Positions 1-63,798 of a stretch of 64,000 bases of DNA are shown piece after piece (position 1 is the stretch's first letter; the number at the start of each line of letters is the position of its first letter). Where the stretch lies: NCBI RefSeq assembly GCF_009914755.1, contig NC_060925.1. The stretch is one strand, 5' to 3'. Origin of the DNA: the human T2T-CHM13v2.0 reference genome, Homo sapiens. The notes below the pieces were generated by a model. The model searched no databases and had not been told where the DNA came from. It worked only from the letters and a program-made list of their open reading frames with translations. Position numbers and translations under genes: made by a program.

Positions 1-223
1 GAGACTCCGTCTCAAAAAAAGAAAAAGAAAAAAAAAAAGTTACTTGTGGTCTGTTATAGTCCCTGTGGTCCCTTTTTTCCATTACAGTTTTCTAAGTTGT
101 CTTTCTTATTCTACTATGATGTGTTTAGTTCATTTCCCTCACTGTCATTTTTGTGCTTCTAAGATGTAGGAACAAATGAGTATAGAGAAGGTTTAACTTA
201 TTAATTCATGTTGTTCTTTCTGA

Positions 224-427
<204 letters not shown>

Positions 428-540
428 TAGCCAGGATGGTCTTGATCTCCTGACCTTGGCCTCCTTGATCTGCCCACCTTGGCCTTCCAAAGTGCTGGGA
501 TTACAGGTGTGAGCCACTGCGCCCGGCCGGCCTCCTCTCT

Positions 541-748
541 GTTTCTGCTTCTTCTTCTTTCTTCTTTCTTCTTTCTTCTTCTTCTTCTTTCTTCTTTCTT
601 CTTCCCCTCCCCCTCCCCCTCCCCCTCCCCTCCTCCTCCTCCCTCCTCCCTCCTCCTCCTTCCTCCTCCTTCCTCTTCTCTTCTTCCTCTTCCTCTTCTT
701 CTCTCTTTCTTCTTTCTTCTTCTTTCTTTCTTTCTTTTTTTTTTTTTT
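541..748. repeat. Compound polypyrimidine microsatellite (TTC)n/(CCCCCT)n/(TCC)n/Tn
   Basis: Read directly; lies in the tail position of an antisense Alu monomer. Confidence 0.9.
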
Positions 749-1837
749 AACCGACAAGGTCTTGCTGTGTTGTTCAGGCTGGTTTCGAAGTCCTGACCTC
801 AAGCGATCTTCCCACTTCTGCCTCCCAAAATGCTGGGATTATAGGCGTGAGCCGCCACATTCAGGCATCTGCTATATTTTCAAAGTTTATCACAGTGCCT
901 GGCAAAATAGACATTGAAAATTTTATTTTATGAATTCTTAGTCACTAATTTCAGCCTTTTTGCCTCTTAGCAGAACTGAACATTATGTAATTTGCATACT
1001 GCACCAGGTAGAAATCCCCTTGATGTAGTCTTTTCTAGTGTTTAATCATATATGTAACTTTATTGTGTCAATCCAAATCTCTCATTCATGTCATTTTATA
1101 TCTGAGCTCAAAGCCCTCCTTAAAATAATGCTTTTAAAATTTGATCATGTTTAAATCTTCTCATCCTCGAATAACTATTGATTTATTGATCTGATTATTT
1201 GTGTTTGAGAGACTTTTGGACTGAGGTATGAAACTTGTTATGCCCCTTGGTAGATTTAAGGGTATTTCCTTCCCGATGTGAACCTTTTAAATAATCTCTA
1301 CTTAGAAGTGTTTCCAGTTTTAAAAACAAAAACAAAAAAAAGAAAAAAACAAAATGATTTTTTAAAATAAAGTGTTTCTAGTTAGTTTGTCTGCCTGTAA
1401 AAGCTTGTGGAAAGGCACTGAGTCCCTTTTCTTGAGAGGAGAGAAGATAGGCATGCTCCAAGATGAGCTCTCTACCAGTATGCTATCATTTCTTCTCAGG
1501 ATGGGAGCAGAAATATTCACCAGAATGCTAACCAGGCCAGGCGTGGTGGCTCACGCCTGTAATCCCAGCACTTTGGGAAGTAAAGGCAGGTGGATCAATT
1601 GATGTCAGGAGTTCAAGATCAGCCTGACCAATATGGCGAAACCCTGTCTCTGCAAAAAATACATAAAAAATAGCTAAACATGGTGATGCACTCCTGTAAT
1701 CTCAGCTACTTGGGAGGCTGAGGCACGGAACCGCTTGAACCTGAGAGGCAGTGGTTCCAGTGAGCTATCGCGCCACTGCACTCCAGCCTGGGTGACAGAG
1801 TGAGACTCTGTCTCAAAAAAAAAAGAATGCTAAGTAG

Positions 1838-2065
<228 letters not shown>

Positions 2066-2674
2066 TGAACTCCTGACCTCAGGTGATCTGCATACCTCAG
2101 CCTCCCAAAGTGCTGGGATTACAGGCGTAAGCCACCGTGCCTAGCCAAATTTGACATTTTGTTTTTTTTTTTTAAACCTGTCTACCAATTTGATCCCAAC
2201 TTCCATTTTACCATTTACCTGAATTGTGGTTTCCTGCTTGTCTGGTTTCTCTTTTCCCCCCATTTTTGTTCCTTTTAGTATTTCCAAGCCACGCACCAGT
2301 CTTAGCTAAAAACCCCTTCTCTTTGATACTGAGCTTTCTTAGTATGGCTACTATGTGTTTCATCTCATTATTCCTCCTTGTCTATCACAGTGCTTGGTGC
2401 TAGGTAAATACCCCATTAACATTTTAAGAAAATTAATGAATAAGTCATGGCAATTTAGTGGGCTCTTTTGGTGGATTCTCATAGTGATTGCTACTCTAGG
2501 AAATTACATACCATAGTTGTCAAGAGAATGGACTTTGGAATCACATGGCCCTGGGTTTGAGTTCCTGTTCCATCTCCAGTTTTAGCTGTGTAATATTGTG
2601 AAAATTGTTGCATGTCTATGAATATGTTTCCTCATATGTAAAATTATGACAGTAAGAGCATCTACCCTACAAGC

Positions 2675-3757
<1,083 letters not shown>

Positions 3758-5030
3758 AGTTTCTTTGACCTGAAGTCTAAAAGTAGCTCACCAGTTATTG
3801 TCACTTCAACTTGTGTTATTGCCATCATACACTTTCCACTACTGGATATTTTCTTATTTTTATTTATTTCATTGTTTATTGTCTGTCCCTTCCTGCTAGA
3901 ATGTAAGTACCATGAGCAAGGACATTGCCTGTTTTGCTCATTGATATATCCCTTCATTCTGTGCCAGGAACAGCACCTGGCATGTAGTAAAAGCTCCTTA
4001 TGTTCATTTGTTGAATGAATGACTGTAAAACCCTCAGCACAATGCCTGGCACATAGTAAGTGCTTAATATTTGACAACATATATTTCTTTCTTTTTTTTG
4101 AGATGGAGTCTCACTCTGTTGCCCAGGCTGGAGCGCAGTAGCACGATCTCGTCTCACTGCAAGCTCCGTCTCCCGGATTCACTGCCATTCTCCTGCCTCA
4201 GCCTCCCGAGTAGCTGGGACTACAGGCGCCTGCCACCACGCCCGGCTAATTTTTTGTATTTTTAGTAGAGACGGGGTTTCACCATGTTAGCCAGGATGGT
4301 CTTGATCTCCTGACCTCGTGATCCGCCCACCTCGGCCTCCCAAAGCGCTGGGATTACAGGCGTGAGCCACCGTGCCCGGCCTGGCAACATATATTTCTTA
4401 GTAAATAAAAATATTTATATTCTTAAAAACCTTTTGACTTACATTGTTTCATTTGAGCTCCACAGCAGCCTTCTAAGGAAAAGGGTATTGGGGGTAAGGA
4501 ATGAGCCTTTTTCGGGTGAAGCGTACGTAACCCCGTCAGTGTTTGTTCCAATGCGTCCTATGCCTGTGAGTCACAGGAATGAGTGTCTACTTGGAAAGAT
4601 TAAGAGACTTAAGCAAGGCCACACAACTGTTCTTTCTTAATACCAGATATACTCACTTCTTTGGTGTTATTTCCAATGTAATCATCCTCACCTCATATTC
4701 TTGGTGCTTGTGGGGAAATTATTGTTGTTGTTTGGCTTTGACCAGTATATCACAAAGCAGAGCTATAGATGCCATTTCAGGCTAGTGTTTAGCTTACATT
4801 AATTTGTTCAAATTCACATTTTTAATCTGATGGCCAAAGACTCCTGCAAAAATCATCATGAAACTATAGTTCTCAGCTGGTATTCCTGGTGTTCTTGATG
4901 CTTACTCTTAAAAATGCCAGCGACTGCCATATCTCCCTGGTAATGACACTAAGATGGCAATGCTGAATGGTTTCATGTTGTAAGGGAAGGTTCTTGCCTG
5001 TTTTTTTGTTTGTTTGTTTTTTCTTTTTGA

Positions 5031-5138
<108 letters not shown>

Positions 5139-5606
5139 TAGCTGGGACTACAGGCGTGTGCCACCACACCTGGCTAATTTTTGTATTTTTAGTAGAGACG
5201 GGGTTTCACCATATTGGCCAGGCTGGTCTCAAACTCCTGACCTCGTGATCCGCCCGCCTCGGCCTCCCAAAGTGCTGAGATTAAGGCATGAGCCACTGCG
5301 CCTGGCGGTTCTTGTCTTTTAAAGAGCTTATGGTCCTGCCAGGCACGGTGGCTCATGCCTGTAATCCCAGCACTTTGGGAGGCCAAGGTGAGAGTGTTGC
5401 TTGAGCCTAGGAGTTTGAGACAGCATGGGCAACATAATGAGGCCCCATCTCAATTACAAAAAAAAAAAATGGCTGGGCACTGTGGCTCACACCTGTAATC
5501 CCAGCACTTTGGGAGACTGAGGCGGGCGGATCACCTGAGGTCGGGAGTTCGAGACCAGCCTGGTCAACATAGTGAAACCCTGCCTCTGCTAAAAATACAA
5601 AAACTA

Positions 5607-5816
<210 letters not shown>

Positions 5817-6945
5817 TTATCCCAAAATTGATTATGGAGGCGTTAGCCCCAAAGAACTCGGACTGAATGAGAACATCTAATTTGGCAGCGAGTTTTTTTT
5901 ATTGTCCTACTGCATGCCTAGCACTAAAGGAAAACAAAATCTGCAATAACATAATGTTTAGGTGTCGAGTCTTCTTTTGTGGTTAAATGACAGAGGAAAG
6001 GAAGGAGTCTGCTCACAGATCAGGTGAAAAACGTGATTTCAGTAGAGGAGGCCAGCTGGTGAGAGATTGAAAAGTAGCCCTGTGAGGTCCTAATGACTGG
6101 CAGGGTTGGCAGAGAGAACTGGTAAACCCTGAGAGCCGTCTTCTGAGCACAAAGGGCCATCATTGGGAAGAAAGACTAAACTTCTGTGTGGCTTCAGAGG
6201 TGGAACCAGGACTAAAAGGTGAAAATGCCAGGAGGCAGAACTTTCCTTGAAAGTCTAGTATTTTTAAATCTGATTACAAATTAGTGTGCTTTTATAGAAT
6301 AATTTTGAAAATATTAAAAAGTAGAAAAAGTCAGTCATATCATTAACCAAAGAGAGCTATTGTTTTCTTTTTATTATTTTACTTATTTTTAATTTGTTTA
6401 GAAACAGGGTCTTGTTCTGTCACCCAGGCAGGAGTGCAGTGGTGTCATCATAGCTCACTGCAGCCTCAAACTCCCGGGCTCAAGTGATCTTCCGACCTCA
6501 GCCTCCTGAGTAGCTGGGACTACAGGCGCATGCCACCATGCCCAACTTTTTTTTTTTTTTTTTTTTTTTTGGTATAGATAAGGTCTCACTTTGCTGCCCA
6601 GGCTGGTCTCTAACACCTGGTTTCAAGTAGTCCTCCCACCTCAACCTCCCAAAGTACTGGGATTACAGGCATGAGCCACTCTGCCCAGCCATATTTTGAG
6701 TTTTGTTATGATAAAATTGTTTTCCTTCTTTAGAGGCAGAGTCTCGCTATGTTGCCCAAGGAGGGCTTGAACTCCTGGGCTCAAGTGATTCTCCTGTCTC
6801 AGCCTCCTGAGTAGTTGGGACTACAGGTGCACAGCACTGCACCACCACACCTGACTTTTCTTTTTCTTATGGCAAATCCTCAGAAATAGAATTGCTTATT
6901 ATTTTTAACAATCAGAGTTGTATAACACAGGAACAGGTTGCTTCA

Positions 6946-7110
<165 letters not shown>

Positions 7111-7205
7111 TTAGCTGGGAGAGGTGGTGTGCACCTGTGATCTCAGTTATTCAGGAGGCTGAGATGGGAGGATCACTTGAGCCTTGGAAGTTGAGGCTAC
7201 AGTGA

Positions 7206-7508
<303 letters not shown>

Positions 7509-8186
7509 TAGTAGGGACGGGGTTTCACCATGTTAGCCAGGATGGTCTCGATCTCCTGACCTTGTGATCCGCCCACCTCGGCCTCCCGAAGTTCTGGGAT
7601 TACAGGTGTGAGCCACCGCGCCCGGCCCTACAAGGATGTTAAAGAAGGATTTCTTTATTAGGTTGGGTCTTGGACACGGTCACCATTACATTTCCTTTAC
7701 ACTGTTTAATTCTGTGAATCTACTGGAGACTTGAGAGTTCTGTCTGTGATACTGATTTGGTTTCGGGGAGAGCCAAGCTGAGGATCAGAGATTTGAAGCA
7801 TAACTAAAAGTTCAGACGAGCTGCCACAGATGCCTACTGAGCAAGTGAAACTTGATGTCTTTCTAGCTTTGCCTTGTTCTAACTTTAAGGATATGCTACC
7901 ATTATCCTTCATACTTATACACAACCTGCCATTTTCCGATGAAGCATAACATATTTCTTCCGTGTTTGTTCCAATGCTTGTTGGGATGTGCTACTGTTCT
8001 CCCCACCCACTTCACCCATTCCAGAGGTTTTTCAACACTATGGAGCAGGGCCAGCCCACCATGCCACAAATGACAGGCAAGGGCCACTTCACTGGGTGGG
8101 CTGTTTTAGGGGTGGAATTAGGTCTTGGGAGTCACTTTATTATCCATCCTCCAAAGTTTGATGATTTTTTTCCCCCAGGTAATTAA

Positions 8187-8249
8187 ATGTGTATTTTGTG
8201 GACCTGGGCTTGGCTGGAATGCTCAGGGGTCCTGAAGATCCTATTATAG
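8187..8249 (+). promoter_or_regulatory. uORF1 (20 aa, MCILWTWAWLECSGVLKILL*)
   Basis: ATG 8187 to TAG 8247-8249, read directly from the 5' UTR; translation not shown. Confidence 0.55.
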
Positions 8250-8263
8250 CTTCCTTCTGTTGA
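8219..8263 (+). promoter_or_regulatory. uORF2 (14 aa, MLRGPEDPIIASFC*)
   Basis: ATG 8219 to TGA 8261-8263; ends 14 nt before the main ATG. Confidence 0.55.
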
Positions 8264-8277
8264 ACCATTAAGAAAAG

Positions 8278-53617
<45,340 letters not shown>

Positions 53618-55478
53618 ACCCTCCAGCCCTGGTCCCCAGCCCCTGCTACTGGCTGGACCCTCTGCCCTGGGCAGGAGGTCAGGGGATTCTGTTTTGGTTT
53701 GTCTTCCCCACCACCCTTTTTTTTCATTTCCCCTGTTTTGTTTGTTAGTTTGGCGTTAGGGGTGGAGGTTGCTACAACTTGCTGGCTTTCGGACTCTGGG
53801 CTGATTGTCCCCTGACTATCCCCAGCCCTGAAAAAAAGAGCAGGAGGGGACACCCCTCCATATGCCCCCCCCCATCTCCTGCTTTCATGTCCCTGGAGGG
53901 CTCTGGCCTGCCTCAAAACCCCTTCTGCCTCAGGTGGGGAGGAACAAGCTGAACTGTCTTCAGGGACTGTCCTGCCCTTTAGCTGGCAGCAGCAGGAGGA
54001 GTGGGATTCCCAATTGGTAAGGGCTCGCCTTGGCCTGTTGCCACTCTTGCTCCCTAGCCTGCAAGGCTAGCTCCCCTGTGGTCTTCAGGAAAGGTTTTGA
54101 AAAAGGATGGGTCCCACCCTCCCTCCAGAGCCACCAGTGTTAGAGCGGAGCCCAAAGGAAGGATGGGAGCCCTGGAGTGGGCAAGACCAGGCCACCTGCT
54201 GAGGTCGCTGTGGAGCACCCTCGCTCCTCTCCTGGCTACTAGCTCTGGCCCTGCACCTACTCTCACTGGCCACCTCTGGAGGCTCTGCCTTTCCCAAGGG
54301 CCCTGGCAGAGGGTGGGGCACTGCACCTTACCCCACCCATCCATGCCAGCACTTCTGCACTACGGCCATTCTCCTCTTGGGCGCTCCTCAGCCTCACTGT
54401 GACCTTTCTGCCAGAGCTCCCAGCCAGGCCTACTCTGCTGAGGTGGCGCTTCCTGCTAAGGGCCCTTCTCTGCCCTTTCTGCCCTCCTTCCCATCCCACA
54501 TGCTGAGCCGCCACAAAGACCAAAGAAGTGATGGCTTTTCTCTGTCCCCTGCTGCTCTGAGGGGAGAGGGGTGGGTCTCCTGAGCCACTCAGATGGGAAA
54601 GTCCCTTACTCGGCCCCTCCCTCCCCAGCAGCCCCAAGCTTTACACTGGATGCAGCGATCAACCCACCACTCACCAGGCCTCTCCTCCCCTCTGCCCCCG
54701 GCTCTTAGCTCCAGCTGCTCCAGGTAGTTGGTTCATCCTTCCCCCTCTCTCCCTCCCTGCTTCCCCTTCAGTGCTTACTTGGCTCCAGCCCTCCAGCTGC
54801 AGCCCCTGGGGAAAAGCAGCCTCCCTTCTCCTCTCCCTCCACTCCCTCGCTCCCTCCCTCAGCCCCTGTCTCTGCCAGGTGCCTCCTCTCAGTCAGGCTT
54901 CAGAGCAGCCCTGGAGACAGGAGGGCCATGTTAAAAGCTTTTTCACAGTTTTAAGAAGACAAGTGGAGGGTGAGGATAGTGGTGGGGGGTCTGGCACCAT
55001 CTCATTGCTTTAATCCCAGCAACACAGGTGGCAGCTTCTCCCCCTTCCTTCCCACCCCAGTCCCTCTTCCCACCCCTCTCTTCTAGCTTGGTAATGAAGT
55101 ATATTTATTGGTGAAGGAAACAGCTGCTGCTGCTTCTCCTGCTGCTGGGACCTGCTCCCCTGTCTCTTCTCCGTGACCTTTCTCTAGCCAGGGAGAAGGG
55201 AGAGCAGGAGTATTGGGGCTGGGCCCTGGGGCCCAAGGACCAGCTGGGTCCCCTTTGCTTTCTTGTGTTCCAGCCACCTGCCATTTCCTCCCTGCCTCCC
55301 ACCCTCCCTCCCTGCCCCCTGTCCTGCTTCCCACCCCCTGCCTGCCCAGCCTGGGCCCTGCAGTGTGGAGAGACACATAAGCCTTACTGTCCTCTGGGGG
55401 CAGGAGCCGAGCCTTTTTGTTGCTCCGCTCCCAGGAGAGTGAGGGTGACGCAATTGATTAAAACCATTTTGTTCTAGG
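53618..55478 (+). other. WDTC1: WDTC1 3' UTR (~1.86 kb, no Alu); cleavage position approximate
   Basis: Unique GC-rich sequence running from the stop codon to the poly(A) signal. Confidence 0.75.
55457..55462 (+). terminator. Polyadenylation signal ATTAAA with downstream GU-rich element
   Basis: gATTAAAaccattttgttcta followed by ggtgtggctggtggcatttgtgggg. Confidence 0.8.
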
Positions 55479-55989
55479 TGTGGCTGGTGGCATTTGTGGG
55501 GTGCAGATGGGTCTTGGAACCAAAGTGAGGGCACCTGGTCCCTCACCTCTGTAGCTCTATGACTTAGTAACCACACCTCTACTGGACAGAATGAGGCCTG
55601 CCTTGAAGGGTCACCGTGAGCAGCGGCCACCCAGCCCAGCAGGGCTGAGTGCAGAGCCCAGCTCTCATGGCTGTGATTTGTAATCATCAGCTTTCACTCT
55701 CTGGCTGTTTTCTCATCAGTAAAATAAGGGACTTGGAATCTTAGTGGTTTTTCAAACCATTTTACATTGTGACCCAATATACACATGATTACTTGTAGAT
55801 ATGTGTGTGTGTATATATATATAAAAAAAATGAACAAAAGTTTTACACAATAATATTTACCCTTGCTACATGCAGTGTACTCTGCTTACCCTTCTGTTTT
55901 ATTAGGGAAAAAAATATGGCTATAACCCACTAAATTGATTTCACATATGCAAGTTTTTGAAGTGCCCTGGATTAGATAATCTCTTAGAC

Positions 55990-57362
<1,373 letters not shown>

Positions 57363-57756
57363 TTAGTCTGTGGGAATAGCAGTTCCACTACTGAAACTAC
57401 TGAGAGGTCCTGCCGGAAACACAATAGGTGGTATTATAAAACAGATACTGTGGGCTGGTATCATTCCTCTGTGTACCCAAATTAACGTCTGCAGAAGCTT
57501 CTTGAAGGCATTTCCAGACCAGACAAAGGAAGGACAATGTTCCAGACCAGGGAGTAGTGCAGAGTCTCAGGTTCCTTCATGAACCCTGAGTGACTCCATC
57601 TGGCTGGATTGTAGAGGGTAGACTGGAGGAGCAGTCAAACTGAAGGACTTCCTATGGCTGGTGAGAGACCACAGACTCAATCCTGTAGGCAAGGGAGGCA
57701 TTGGAAGACTTCACGAGGGTCTCCATTTCATTTGGAGTTGGTACTCCATTTTTTAA

Positions 57757-58078
57757 AAAATTAATAGCCTTTACTTTCTAGAGCAGTTTTAGGCTTACAG
57801 AAAATTGAGCAGATAGTATAATGAGTTTCATATAACCCTCTTTCCCCAGCTCAATTTTCCCAATTATTAACATCTTGCATTAGTGTGTTGTTGTAATTAA
57901 TGAACCAATATTGATACATTATGATAACTGAAGTCCATAGTTTACATTACGGTTCACTCTTTGTGTTGCAAAGTTCTATGGGTTTTGACAAATGCATGTC
58001 TCGTATCCACCATTACATTGTCATACAGAATAGTTTCACTGTTCTAAAAGCACCTTGTCCTCCACGTATTCAGCCCTC
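57757..58078 (-). mobile_element. L1MC1/2-like LINE-1 3' end (non-inverted, tail-bearing segment)
   Basis: Reverse complement resembles the L1MC 3' UTR (...gtaaactatggac...ctgctcaattttctgtaagcctaaaactgctctagaaagtaaag...). Confidence 0.8.
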
Positions 58079-58359
58079 ATTAGCATCCCCCCAAAAAAGT
58101 ACTTAGGAATAAATCTAACAACATATGTACAAGGTTTGTATGAGCAAAACTACAAAACTGATAAAAGAAACCAAGGAAGATCAAGTAAATGGAGAGATGG
58201 TCCATGTTCACGGATAGGAAAACTCAATATTAGGATGTCAGTTCTTTCCAACTTGATCTATAGCTTCAATGTGATCCTGGTCATAGTCCCAGCAAGTTAT
58301 TTTGTGAGTATCACCAACTGATCCTAAAGTTTACATGAAAATGTAGCAGACCCAGAATA

Positions 58360-59671
<1,312 letters not shown>

Positions 59672-60247
59672 AGACCCAGAATAACCAACATAATACTTAC
59701 GAAAAACAAATTCAGAGGATTAACACTCCTGACTTCAAGACTTACTATCAAGCTACAATAATCAAGACAGTGTGGTACTGGCAAAAGAATAGACAAATAG
59801 GCCAATGGAACAAATAGAGAACCCAGGAATAGACACACACAAATACAGTCAGCTGATCTTTGACAAGGCAGTAAAGTCAATTCAATGGAGAAACGATAGT
59901 CTTATCAACAAACAGTGATGGAACAACTGGACATCCATATGCAAAAAAAAAAATCTAAACACTGACCTAACACTGTTTACAAAAGTTAACTCAAAATAGA
60001 TGACAGACCTCCTAAATTTAAAATACAAAACTATGAAACTTCTAGAAGATAACATAGGAAAAAAATCCAACTTGATCTATAGCTTTAACATAATCCGAGT
60101 TGCAGTCCCAGCCACTTATTTTGTTGGATTTGGCAATGAGTTTTTAGATACAACACCAAAACCTCAATCCATGAAAGAAAAAAATTGGCAAGTTGGACTT
60201 CATTAAAATAAAAAATTTCTCAGTTAAAGACACAGTGGAGAGAATGA

Positions 60248-60523
<276 letters not shown>

Positions 60524-61047
60524 TAGCCAGGATGGTCTCGATCTCCTGACCTCGTGATCTGCCCGCCTTGGCCTCCCAAAGTGCTGGGATTACAGGCATG
60601 AGCCACCGCGCCTGGCCAAGAACTCTTAAAACTCAACAATATGGAAACAACCCAATTTCAAAATGGGCAAAAGATCCAAACACCACACCAAAGATGATTT
60701 ACAGGTGACTAGTAAGCATATGAAAAGATTTTTAACATTATGTCATCAGGGAATTGCAAATTAAAACAATGAGATACCGTTGCACATTGCACACTTACTA
60801 GGATAGCTAAAATGTTAAAACTGTCCACAGCAAATGCTGACAAGGATGTAGAGGAACAGGAACTCTCATTCATTGGCAGAGGAAATGCAAAACAGTACAG
60901 CCACTTTGGAAGACAGTTTGGCAGTTTCTTACAAAGCTAAACATACTCTTACCATACAATGCAGCAGTCGCTCTGCTTGTATTTAACTAAAAGGGTTGAA
61001 AACATGACCATGTAAAAACCTGTACATGAATGTTTATATCAGCTTTA

Positions 61048-61388
<341 letters not shown>

Positions 61389-61861
61389 TTAAAAAAAAAA
61401 AAAGTGAACGGATAAACAAACTGATACAGCCATAAAATAGAATATTATTCATGATAAACAGAAATGAGCTATCAAGCCACAAAAAGATATGGAGGAAACT
61501 TAAATGTGTATTGCTTTGTGAAAGAAGCCAGACTGAACTGGCTACATATGATTCCAACTAGATGACTTCCTGGAAAAGGCGAAACTACAGAGACAGCAAA
61601 AAGATCAGTGGTGCTCCATTTTTTAAGAGTGTCCACATGTGTGATTCATCCAAAGCATTCATGAGCCCTGCGGATAATAGAGTCTGGGGCTCAGATGAGC
61701 CCATACTGTGAATGTATAGTAAAGCAGAGATTAGAAATAGGGACTTCTGCATTTGTGGAGGGCAAGTGTGGCCCCAGAGGGCTGCTCCTGTCTCTGCTTA
61801 AGAGCATGCCCAAATATTGTTGCAGAACTTAAAAGGTGATGAGAAGTCATCTCACTCAGAG

Positions 61862-62167
61862 GCTCTCAGCCCTAGCTGTAAATCAGAATCACCCAGGATG
61901 CTTTTATAACTTTCCATGCCCCACCCCAGAGATTCTGTTTTAATTGGTCTGAGGTAGAGCCCAGGCATCCGTCCTTTTTTTTTTTTTTTTAAGAGGTGGG
62001 GTCTTGCTTTGCTGCGCTGGCTGGAGCACAGTGGCTGTTCACAGGCGCTCCCACTACTAAACAGCATGGGAGTTTTGTCCTGCTCCATTCCTGACCTGGG
62101 CTGGCATCCATTGTTTTAAATCATCCCAGGTTCATTTTACTGTGCAGCCAGAGATGAGAACCACTGA
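61862..62167. mobile_element. MER5-type hAT-Charlie MITE split by the 7SL copy
   Basis: agaatcacc...cagagattctg...ggtctgagg and the gagaaccactg terminus. Confidence 0.65.
61975..62104 (-). pseudogene. 5'-truncated 7SL (SRP RNA) retrocopy with poly(A) tail
   Basis: Reverse complement CCCAGGTCAGGAATGGAGCAGGACAAAACTCCCATGCTGTTTAGTAGTGGG...GCCACTG matches the 7SL S-domain/3' end, which Alu lacks; TSD GGCATCC(G/A)T at 61964 and 62103. Confidence 0.88.
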
Positions 62168-62331
62168 TCTAGCTCTATCTCCACATTGTACAGATAGGGA
62201 CCATGAGTTTCAAAGAGTGGCAGGAAAAGGGATGGGCTTGCCTGAGGCACCCTAGTGAATTAGAACCAAAGTCAGGACTGGATTTCTGATCCCTAATTCC
62301 TAGTCCAATTCTTTTTTTTTTTTTTTTTTGA

Positions 62332-62592
<261 letters not shown>

Positions 62593-63343
62593 TGAGCCAT
62601 CACGCCCGGCCTAGTACAATTCTTTATAAACCATTTTCTTATAATAGGTCACAGTACTTTTTTTTTTTTTCTTTAAATAGAGACAGGGTCTTGCCATATT
62701 GCCCAGGCAGGTCTCAAACTCCTGGCCTCAAGTGATCCTCCCGCCTCAGCTTCCCTAAATGCTGGTATTACAGGTGTGAGCCACCATGCCTGGCCCATGA
62801 TACTTTTGAGCTCCTACTCTGTGTCTGGCATTGGGCCAGGCATTGGCATAACAAAATTGTACACAACATATTCCTTGCCTTCCTGGAGTCTCCAGATTAT
62901 CTGGAGGAATAGCAAATACAGGGATTGTACAAGGTTGCTGAACACTGGATTTTACTGTGAAATGTGAGTCCTCCCCAGTATATTCTGCCATCATTCAGTG
63001 CCCCACACGTGCCAGGTTCTTTGTCAGGTCTAGGGATATTAACATGTCTGGCAGGGGTGGCGGCCCGAAGAAGGAATGTGCCACTTGGTTGCTCTGCCTC
63101 CTGCTCCCACCCAGTTCTTTTTTTACATATAAAATAAGGTCCTGGTCCTAATGAGGCCATAGTTTACCCCTATTTTACAGTGATTTAGAGACTCTCACGC
63201 TGGTCTCCCCTCATCACTCTAGTAAGTCCTAAAAGGGGTCATCACCAGGCCAAATGTAGTGGCTCACACCTGTAATCCCAGCACTTTGGGAGGCTGAGGC
63301 AGGAGGATCACTTGAGGCCAGGAGTTCAACACCAGCCCAGTCA

Positions 63344-63502
<159 letters not shown>

Positions 63503-63552
63503 CTAGGTGACAGAACAAGACTTTGTCTCAAGAAAAAAAAACAAAACCTTAG

Positions 63553-63798
<246 letters not shown>

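Larger units (their letters stand above)
8179..8277 (+). other. WDTC1: 99-nt 5' UTR part of the start-codon exon
   Basis: Polypyrimidine tract plus acceptor ttttttttcccccAG (AG at 8177-8178), ATG at 8278, in-frame upstream TGA. Confidence 0.85.
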
